In this document: positions 20,592 to 27,942 of the stretch, piece by piece | How the letters are laid out: every line of letters starts with the position of its first letter | Position numbering within the stretch: position 1 is the stretch's first letter | Source of the DNA: a bacterium | GTDB taxonomy: Bacteria; Fidelibacterota; Fidelibacteria; Fidelibacterales; Fidelibacteraceae | NCBI GenBank assembly: GCA_963676395.1 | Contig: OY781066.1 | Coordinates: 1,408,001 to 1,472,000 of the forward strand | DNA length: 64,000 bases | Reading direction: 5' to 3' | Position numbers and translations under genes: made by a program | The notes under the pieces: model-generated | Databases searched by the model: none | The model's input: only the letters and a program-made list of their open reading frames with translations | What the model was told of the DNA's origin: nothing

Positions 20592-20867
20592 GATTATAAT
20601 TTACTTGATTGTAAGATAATCGCAAGATAAATCAGTGATGATCGAATGTTGCCAGTGGTATTTATCTTGTGAGATTTGTCGCTGAGGCCAGTGATGGATC
20701 TGAGACCTCTGTTGAAATAGCCTCACACAAAGGCACTAACATTTTAAGATACAAAGAAGCCCCAGAGTGTACCTGGGATTAAAATCCTAAGCAAAGAATT
20801 TGTTTTGCAAGCTCTGGTTTTTGGGGTTACGATGCGCAGACCGGAGACAGATTAGTTTAATATCATA

Positions 20868-20942
20868 GTAGAGACGCAATGCTTGCGTCTCTATTTTTAA
20901 ATTAAATCCTAGTTTTCTGAGACGCAAACATTGCGTCTCTAC
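20868..20942. repeat. Inverted REP doublet (REPIN-like)
   Basis: GTAGAGACGCAATGCTTGCGTCTCTA (20868-20893) and an inverted copy GAGACGCAAACATTGCGTCTCTAC (20919-20942). Confidence 0.8.
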
Positions 20943-21057
20943 ACCGATATGTTTTTTACACTCTTCCACACATATCAATTTTCAACTTATCATTTGTCAT
21001 CCTTCTTCTTACATCTTACCAGTTTAGCTGGCAGGCGACTTACGAGCGTATATTCGC

Positions 21058-21086
21058 TTGACATTCGAGCGTTTATCATCTATTTT
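21058..21086 (+). promoter_or_regulatory. Putative sigma70 promoter of the uppS operon
   Basis: TTGACA-17 bp-TATTTT, about 30 nt before the ATG. Confidence 0.6.
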
Positions 21087-21117
21087 TACAAGCTGTATTG
21101 TAATTAATAGGTGAACT

Positions 21118-21867
21118 ATGGAAATACGTGCCGAAGAGATAAAAAGTAATCCCAATCACCCAAAGCATGTTGCGATCATTTTAGATGGTAACGGTCGTTG
21201 GGCAAAGAAACGCGGATTACCCAGAATGATGGGGCATAATGAAGGTGTAAAGACGGTTAAAGAGATCGTAACCGCTTCGGCCGAGGCCGGTGTGGAATAC
21301 CTGACTATCTATGCTTTTTCTAAACAGAACTGGGGACGCCCCGGGGAAGAAGTTTCGGCCTTGATGAAGCTCTTATTAATTACGGCACAGAAAGAAATTC
21401 AGGAATTACATCGGAACAATGTCCGCCTTCTTGTCATAGGAGACAAGAACGATCTTCCTAATGACGTACGAATCGTTCTTGAAGAGGGTGAGAAGTTGAC
21501 AAAAGATAATAAATTGTTAACTTTGATCGTTGCTTTGAGCTATGGAAGTCGTAATGAGATCCTTCGTGCTACCCGCACTCTTGCAGAAGAAGTGAAACGA
21601 GGTGATTTGGATCTCAATGACATCGACGAAACGCTGTTTTCATCTAAGTTGGATACGGCAGACGTTCCCGACCCTGACCTTTTGATCAGAACCAGTGGTG
21701 AATATCGGATCAGCAACTATTTGTTATGGCAAATGGCTTACGCTGAATTCTTTTTTGCCGAAGAATTGTGGCCTGATTTTCATCGACAGGAATATTATCG
21801 GGCACTTATGTCCTACATGAACAGAGAACGACGTTTCGGAAAAACCAGCGAACAGGTAAGCACATAA
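21118..21867 (+). CDS. uppS: Undecaprenyl diphosphate synthase
   Basis: HVAIILDGNGRWA, YAFSxxNWxRP, PDLLIRTSGEYRISNYLLWQ, RERRFG. Confidence 0.97.
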   Translation: MEIRAEEIKSNPNHPKHVAIILDGNGRWAKKRGLPRMMGHNEGVKTVKEIVTASAEAGVEYLTIYAFSKQNWGRPGEEVSALMKLLLITAQKEIQELHRNNVRLLVIGDKNDLPNDVRIVLEEGEKLTKDNKLLTLIVALSYGSRNEILRATRTLAEEVKRGDLDLNDIDETLFSSKLDTADVPDPDLLIRTSGEYRISNYLLWQMAYAEFFFAEELWPDFHRQEYYRALMSYMNRERRFGKTSEQVST

Positions 21868-21869
21868 AC

Positions 21870-24233
21870 ATGAAAAAAATCACGCTTTCTTTTTTACTCA
21901 TTTTTACACTTGGTATATCCATTCTTTTTGCGCAACAACAGAATTTGCGTATTGCGTCGGTATCAATAGATGGAAATGAAACGGCATCAGATAGGATTAT
22001 TAAACTTTCAATGGGCCTTGTTGAAGGTTCAGAAGTAAATAATACCGACATCCAAAATGGCATTAAAAAATTATATAATCTACGACTGTTTTCGGATATC
22101 AAAGTTTTGGCTTCGGAAGAAAGCGACGCCGGTGTTCATGTTGTGATTAAGGTCGAAGAATATCCTCGTATAGATGACATTATCTTTGAGGGGAATCAAA
22201 AATTTAAAGATGAAAAATTGCGCGAAGAGATCAATTTGATTCGCGGTCAGGTGTTTACACCTCATTTGGTAAATAAAGCAAAGTTAAGTATTGAAAAGAA
22301 ATATAAAGACGCAGGTTTTTATAATGTATTTATTGATATAACCGCGGAACCTTCAGAAAAAAAAGAGGGTCGTATTGATCTTTCTTTTATTATTGATGAG
22401 GGACGACGAGTATTTATTGATGAGATCGTTTTTAATACGAAAAAAGATTTATTCAAACCCTGGCGCCTGCGTTGGCAAATGAAAGATACCAAACAGCGTG
22501 ATTGGTATACTTTCTTCCGACCTGCAAAATATGATCATGATAAATTTGTTGATGATAAAAACAATGTGATTCAATTTTATCGAGATAACGGGTACCGTGA
22601 TGCACGAATTTTAAGTGAAGAATTAAAGCTTGATTCTTTAGGCAAGAAAATGACCCTGATAGTTAATGTGGACGAAGGACCGCAATATGTATATCGTAAT
22701 ATAAAGATAGAAGGTCCCCAATCTTATCCGATTGATTTTTTCCGTTATAATCTAGAATTGGCGGGTGTAAAAAAGGGTGAACCTTTTAAAGAAAAATATT
22801 TTGAAATGGCCGTGGATGGAAAGATCCGTTCCCTGTATATGGATACAGGTTATTTATATGCACAGGTAACCCCCGAAGTGACACCGGTGGGAGAAGATTC
22901 ACTGGATGTCGTAATTAAGGTGAATGAAAATTATAAAGTCCATGTACGCCGGATCAAGTTTACTGGAAATACAAGAACTCGCGAATATGTTATGCGTCGA
23001 GAATTAAAAATTATGCCGGGTGATGTGTTCAACCGTGAAAAACTTATGCGTTCGCAACGCGAAATTTTTATGTTGAACTATTTTGCCGATGTAGTTCCCG
23101 ATGTTATCCCCGTTGATGATGAGACTATTGATCTCGAGGTATCTGTTGAAGAAAAATCATCCGATAGAGCAAATGCATCGATCGGTTATAGTGAATATGA
23201 CGGTTTAACCGGGTCGGTTGGAGTTGATATCAATAACCTGGGTGGACGAGGACAGCGTTTGTCGGTTTCTTATCAAAAAAGTCGCGGGACTGATTATGTC
23301 AGTCTCGGATTTACCGAACCTTGGTTAATGGGTCGTCCTAATACTGTTGGTGTAAACCTTTATTATTCAAAACGTGAAATGGTAGAGGACAGTTACTATT
23401 ACAATTATGAGTATTATGATCGTGAAACAATTGGTGTCACCAGTTCATTCGGTCGCCGCTTCCGTTGGCCGGATTCATATTTTAGTGGCTCTTGGGGACT
23501 GACTTTTGCTTACAAACATTTTTATAATATCAATGACGAAGCATATTTCTTGCGATATAATCCCTCAGGTATTAAAGAATTAATGGCTAATAGTTTTACA
23601 CAAGTCATAAGTCGCGATAGTCGTGATAAACCTGAGTTTCCAACCAAAGGATCAAAGCTGATTTGGAAAACAAAATTATCAGGTGGTATTCTTGGTGGAA
23701 AAGAAGAATATGTAAAAACACGGGTGACGTTTGATACCTATACTCCCATTGTTGATAAATTGGTATTTTATCAAACATTAGATATGGGTGTAGTATTGCC
23801 TTACGGTAAATATGGTGTTGTGCCTTATGAAGAGCTTTTTCATCTTGGCGGTGCGAATGCAATGAGTTATATTACTCCCTTGCGTGGATATACCGATGGA
23901 AGTATTGCTCCTCCAAATTCTTCATTTCAATCCGGTAATGCGCTGTTGAAATATTCTTGTGAATTGCGATTCCTCATTTCACCGAATCCAACCTTGTATT
24001 TATTGGCTTTCGCCGAAGCGGGAAGAATTTGGGATGATTTGGGAGATATTAAGATACCTGAAATGGCACGTTCCGCCGGTGTTGGTGCACGTGTTTACAT
24101 GCCGATGATGGGTATGCTGGGTGTTGATTTTGGTTATGGCTTTGATGAACTTTACTATTATAACAGTTCGGGAAAACAGGTTTATAAATCACCGGGTTGG
24201 GAAACACACTTTGTTTTCGGAATGCCCTTTTAA
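21870..24233 (+). CDS. bamA: Outer membrane protein assembly factor BamA
   Basis: Signal peptide, POTRA repeats (GN..T...VMRRE), LRGY loop motif, terminal Phe. Confidence 0.95.
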   Translation: MKKITLSFLLIFTLGISILFAQQQNLRIASVSIDGNETASDRIIKLSMGLVEGSEVNNTDIQNGIKKLYNLRLFSDIKVLASEESDAGVHVVIKVEEYPRIDDIIFEGNQKFKDEKLREEINLIRGQVFTPHLVNKAKLSIEKKYKDAGFYNVFIDITAEPSEKKEGRIDLSFIIDEGRRVFIDEIVFNTKKDLFKPWRLRWQMKDTKQRDWYTFFRPAKYDHDKFVDDKNNVIQFYRDNGYRDARILSEELKLDSLGKKMTLIVNVDEGPQYVYRNIKIEGPQSYPIDFFRYNLELAGVKKGEPFKEKYFEMAVDGKIRSLYMDTGYLYAQVTPEVTPVGEDSLDVVIKVNENYKVHVRRIKFTGNTRTREYVMRRELKIMPGDVFNREKLMRSQREIFMLNYFADVVPDVIPVDDETIDLEVSVEEKSSDRANASIGYSEYDGLTGSVGVDINNLGGRGQRLSVSYQKSRGTDYVSLGFTEPWLMGRPNTVGVNLYYSKREMVEDSYYYNYEYYDRETIGVTSSFGRRFRWPDSYFSGSWGLTFAYKHFYNINDEAYFLRYNPSGIKELMANSFTQVISRDSRDKPEFPTKGSKLIWKTKLSGGILGGKEEYVKTRVTFDTYTPIVDKLVFYQTLDMGVVLPYGKYGVVPYEELFHLGGANAMSYITPLRGYTDGSIAPPNSSFQSGNALLKYSCELRFLISPNPTLYLLAFAEAGRIWDDLGDIKIPEMARSAGVGARVYMPMMGMLGVDFGYGFDELYYYNSSGKQVYKSPGWETHFVFGMPF

Positions 24234-24251
24234 TTAATAAGGAGATAAGTT

Positions 24252-24773
24252 GTGAAAAACTGGACGAAACTACTGGTTTTACTAACAATTACATTAGCCG
24301 TTGTGTTTGCTGCCGATGGCATGAAGATCGGTTATATTTACTCAGAACAGATCATGAGTGAATATCAAGAAGCTATTGATGCAATGAAAAAGCTCGAAGC
24401 TGAGGCGGTAGAATTACAAAAAGTACATGAAGAAATGAAACAAGAATACCAAAAGCTCATTGAAGATTACGAAAAGAGAAAAATGGTGAGTTCAGAGGCG
24501 TGGAAGAAACAAAAACAAAAAGATATTATTAATAAAGAACAACAGTTACAACAATATCAGATGGAAAATTTTGGTCAAAATGGTGAGATTTATAAAAAAG
24601 AAGAAGCCTATCTAGCTCCCGTTTTGGATAAGATTAATGAAACCTTAAAGCGAATTGGTGATGAACAGGGTTATAGTTATATCATCGATGCTTCTAAAGG
24701 TACCATTGTTTTTGCCGATGAAGAATTAGATATAACTAAACTTGTGTTGGAAGAACTGAAAAAATCCAACTAG
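24252..24773 (+). CDS. skp: OmpH/Skp periplasmic chaperone
   Basis: KIGYI, long coiled coil, GYSYIID, DITKLVL; follows bamA. Confidence 0.9.
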   Translation: MKNWTKLLVLLTITLAVVFAADGMKIGYIYSEQIMSEYQEAIDAMKKLEAEAVELQKVHEEMKQEYQKLIEDYEKRKMVSSEAWKKQKQKDIINKEQQLQQYQMENFGQNGEIYKKEEAYLAPVLDKINETLKRIGDEQGYSYIIDASKGTIVFADEELDITKLVLEELKKSN

Positions 24774-24788
24774 AGCTTTATGATGAAT

Positions 24789-24830
24789 AACCGGCATAAA
24801 TGATATGATAGCATTTGCGCCGGTTTTTTT
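24789..24830 (+). terminator. Probable terminator after skp
   Basis: AACCGGC...GCCGGTT followed by a T run. Confidence 0.6.
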
Positions 24831-24843
24831 ATTTGTGCTAAAT

Positions 24844-25479
24844 ATGAAGAAAATCCTTTTAATAATTATATGTATAATGCTCTCAATACCGCTGCTTTTC
24901 GCAGATGATAGTGAAAATGCCAATAAAATTATAAAGGGTTTTATTTATAAATATCCTGCCATTCCTCATCTATACAATAGTATTCATCCTTCGCTTAGTC
25001 TTGGGAAAGGTCGCGATTTGCTTCCTATGTTTGCAGGGAATATTACTCTCGGTGGTCCATATTTTTTGGAAGTTTGTGTTGGAGCGGGAGAAAGCAGTGA
25101 GGTAAGTGCTGCGTTAACCCAATATTCTTTTGGCTTGGGTATTTATGAAGCACTAAAGAATAGGGAAGACCATTATTATTCACTTTCACTTTCTTTAAGG
25201 AATGTGCAAAGCGCATTCCTGCGTACATCCTCTTTGGTAATGGAAGCACTTGTTGAACAAAAAGTTAACAATATTTATGTTGGAGTTGGACTTGATCTCA
25301 TTTCACAAGACTATACAATACTGGAAGGTTCACGATTTTCCGCCGGAAGTGATCGTATTTATCATGTAGGACTTATTGCTTATGCAAGAGCCGGAATATT
25401 GGGTTTGCGCATTTCGGGGGTACCCGAAGAATTTAACATTAATTTTTCTGTGGCTTTAAATATGGAGAAGACACAATGA
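24844..25479 (+). CDS. Exported hypothetical protein, possible small beta-barrel
   Basis: Signal peptide MKKILLIIICIMLSIPLLFA, alternating beta-strand pattern; stop overlaps the dxr start. Confidence 0.65.
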   Translation: MKKILLIIICIMLSIPLLFADDSENANKIIKGFIYKYPAIPHLYNSIHPSLSLGKGRDLLPMFAGNITLGGPYFLEVCVGAGESSEVSAALTQYSFGLGIYEALKNREDHYYSLSLSLRNVQSAFLRTSSLVMEALVEQKVNNIYVGVGLDLISQDYTILEGSRFSAGSDRIYHVGLIAYARAGILGLRISGVPEEFNINFSVALNMEKTQ

Positions 25480-26591
25480 AGTCCATCGCATTGCTTGGCT
25501 CTACCGGTTCGATTGGGAAGAATTCTCTTCAGGTGATATCTGAACATCCGGAAGAATTTTCTTTAAGTTTAATTACCGCAAATACTCAAGTTGATCTTCT
25601 AATTGAACAGGCTATTCGATACAAACCCAAAGCCGTTTGTATTGTGGACTCTCAGTATTATTCTCATCTCAAGAATGCTTTAAGATCTCTGGATATTGAT
25701 TGTTATGCAGGAGAGGAAGCCTTATTGGATCTGGTTAGAGAAGGTGAATACGATGTGCTTTTAAATGCTATTGTAGGTGCTGCCGGATTAAGGTCAACAA
25801 TAGAAGCTGTAAAGCTTGGCAAGGATGTTGCTTTGAGCAATAAAGAAAGTCTTGTCATGGCGGGTGAGCTGATTACATCTATTTGTAACAAGAGCGGAGC
25901 AAAATTATTTCCGGTAGATAGTGAACATTCCGCAATGTGGCAATGTTTGGCGGGCGAAAATGATAAAGATGTTGAAAAATTAATCTTAACGGGATCTGGC
26001 GGTCCATTTTTAAATCGCGATATAAGCAGTTTTAAGGATATTACGGTAGACGAAGCCTTAAAACATCCTAATTGGTCAATGGGAAAAAAGATCACGATTG
26101 ATTCTGCCACCATGTTCAATAAAGGTTTGGAGCTGATAGAAGCGGTTCATCTTTTTCAATTAGATGAATCAAAAATCGATATTTTAATACATCCCGGTTC
26201 AATTGTTCATTCCTTAGTCCAGTTTGTCGATGGTTCTGTAAAAGCTCAGTTGGGTGTGCCTGACATGAAAGTACCCATAATGTATGCTTTGGCATATCCT
26301 CGTCATTTAGAAAGTAATTGGCCAAGATTGGATCTTGCGGAACTTGGGACCTTGCAATTCCTGAAACCTGATTATGAAAAATTTCCTTCTTTAAGTATGG
26401 CAAGAAACGCCCTGCGTCAAGGCGGTACTTATCCGGCTGTATTGAATATGACAAACGAAAAAGCGGTCGCAGATTTTATTGCAGGAAAGATATCCTTCAC
26501 CGGAATATTCGATAGGGTAGAAAAAGCTCTTGAAGAACATAGAAGCTTGGATCCATTAAATGTGGATGATCTGCTGTCATTGATGGTTTAA
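25476..26591 (+). CDS. dxr: 1-deoxy-D-xylulose-5-phosphate reductoisomerase
   Basis: LGSTGSIG, NKES, PVDSEH, HPNWSMGKKITIDSAT, PDMK. Confidence 0.97.
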   Translation: MKSIALLGSTGSIGKNSLQVISEHPEEFSLSLITANTQVDLLIEQAIRYKPKAVCIVDSQYYSHLKNALRSLDIDCYAGEEALLDLVREGEYDVLLNAIVGAAGLRSTIEAVKLGKDVALSNKESLVMAGELITSICNKSGAKLFPVDSEHSAMWQCLAGENDKDVEKLILTGSGGPFLNRDISSFKDITVDEALKHPNWSMGKKITIDSATMFNKGLELIEAVHLFQLDESKIDILIHPGSIVHSLVQFVDGSVKAQLGVPDMKVPIMYALAYPRHLESNWPRLDLAELGTLQFLKPDYEKFPSLSMARNALRQGGTYPAVLNMTNEKAVADFIAGKISFTGIFDRVEKALEEHRSLDPLNVDDLLSLMV

Positions 26592-26843
26592 TATATTAAT
26601 TAATTTTTGTGAGATCTATGGGAGACAGGTATGCCTGTTCCATATGTTATTAGATGATAATTATTAAACAAAACTCTCATATTGATGAGATACTTCGAAG
26701 AAAAATACAGCCTGACGACATAAATCATTGCTTATAGGTGGTGAAAAGACATTTTTAAGCTTTAGTTAATTTTCTCTTAAAAATCATTTTAATTTTTATC
26801 AGTTTACTTTATATTAAAATCGAATAAAACTAATAGGGATAAT

Positions 26844-27536
26844 ATGAATGAGTTAATTGCAGTCGTCGATGACGAAAAAAGTATTTTAGAGTTAACGAGC
26901 ATACATTTGAAAAAATCAGGATTTAAGGTTGCTACGTTTCTAAACGGCGCCGATTATCTCGATTTTATTAGAACGACCACACCGGATTTAACCATTTTAG
27001 ATCTTACTTTACCGGATGCGGATGGAATGGAAATATGTAAAGTATTAAGGCGAGAAGAAAAATTTGATAATATGTCAATTATTATTCTTTCCGGTCGTGT
27101 TGAAGAAACAGATACTGTTTTGGGCTTAGAACTTGGCGCTGACGATTATGTTAAAAAGCCGTTTTCTCCTAAAGAACTGGCTGCCCGAGTAAAAACAGTA
27201 CTTCGTAGAAAAGCATCAACCGTTACACCAAAGCAGTCTGAGAACAAGATTAACATTAATAATAAAGTTATCATTGATGTGGATAGATACGAAGTATATG
27301 TTGATGGGAAGTTGGCAAATCTTACTCCGACCGAATATCGCATTTTAAAAATGTTAGCTGAAAAGAACGGTAATGTTCTTAAACGTGAAGAAATTCTTTA
27401 TAACCTCTGGGGTAACGAAAAGATCGTTGTAGATCATACGGTAGATGTTCATATCAAACATTTACGTGAAAAATTGGGCCCCTATGCGGACATGGTAAAG
27501 AACGTTCGTGGAGTGGGTTATAAGTTGGGAATGTAA
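26844..27536 (+). CDS. OmpR/PhoB family response regulator
   Basis: VVDDE, ILDLTLP, GADDYVKKPF, LTPTEY, TVDVHIKHLREKL, VRGVGYK; precedes the phosphate cluster. Confidence 0.92.
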   Translation: MNELIAVVDDEKSILELTSIHLKKSGFKVATFLNGADYLDFIRTTTPDLTILDLTLPDADGMEICKVLRREEKFDNMSIIILSGRVEETDTVLGLELGADDYVKKPFSPKELAARVKTVLRRKASTVTPKQSENKININNKVIIDVDRYEVYVDGKLANLTPTEYRILKMLAEKNGNVLKREEILYNLWGNEKIVVDHTVDVHIKHLREKLGPYADMVKNVRGVGYKLGM

Positions 27537-27556
27537 GTACAAGAAAATCATAGATT

Positions 27557-27582
27557 AAGGCCGGGTTTACCCGGTCTTTTTT
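27557..27582 (+). terminator. Intrinsic terminator
   Basis: AAGGCCGGG-ttta-CCCGGTCTT followed by a T run. Confidence 0.85.
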
Positions 27583-27710
27583 GTTTAATAATAAAAATTA
27601 ATGAAATTGTAAACACAATAAAAACAACTGCTTAAGTTTATCTGTGTTAGGGAAATAAAAAATCATTAAATAAACTATTGCATTTTAAGAAATTTGGACT
27701 AAATTCTGTC

Positions 27711-27908
27711 AGTTTAAATATGGATTGGGTCAAGAAAAAGTGAAAACAGTGCAAGGCAGTGCTATGTCTAAAAAGCTAAAACAAGTGGGCAATCGAAAGC
27801 AATTCAATGGGCGATCGTCGAAAGCATCGTCGTTGATCTCGTTGTCGATTTCGACTCTATTTTGATTTATATATTTGCCGTCATGTGTTGACGGCTTTTT
27901 TATATGTG
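27711..27908 (+). promoter_or_regulatory. Candidate cis-regulatory leader/attenuator, copy A
   Basis: Leader with uORFs ending in GCCGTCA-tgtgt-TGACGGC-T6 (27877-27901), upstream of the TonB receptor; related to 28033 and 34955. Confidence 0.55.
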
Positions 27909-27942
27909 TTAAGAAAAACTGAAAACAAGGAGAGCAATAAAA

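Noticed and set aside
20787..20978. 63-aa minus-strand ORF
   Set aside because: Its repeated ETQxLRL is just the translation of the REP doublet, and it has no transposase motifs.
26600..26750. Known riboswitch upstream of the response regulator
   Set aside because: No recognisable consensus, only one imperfect hairpin. An Rfam scan would be needed.
27863..27865. Selenocysteine or recoded TGA in the leader uORF
   Set aside because: TGA is an ordinary stop elsewhere in the window, and the following hairpin has a T tract like a terminator rather than a SECIS.
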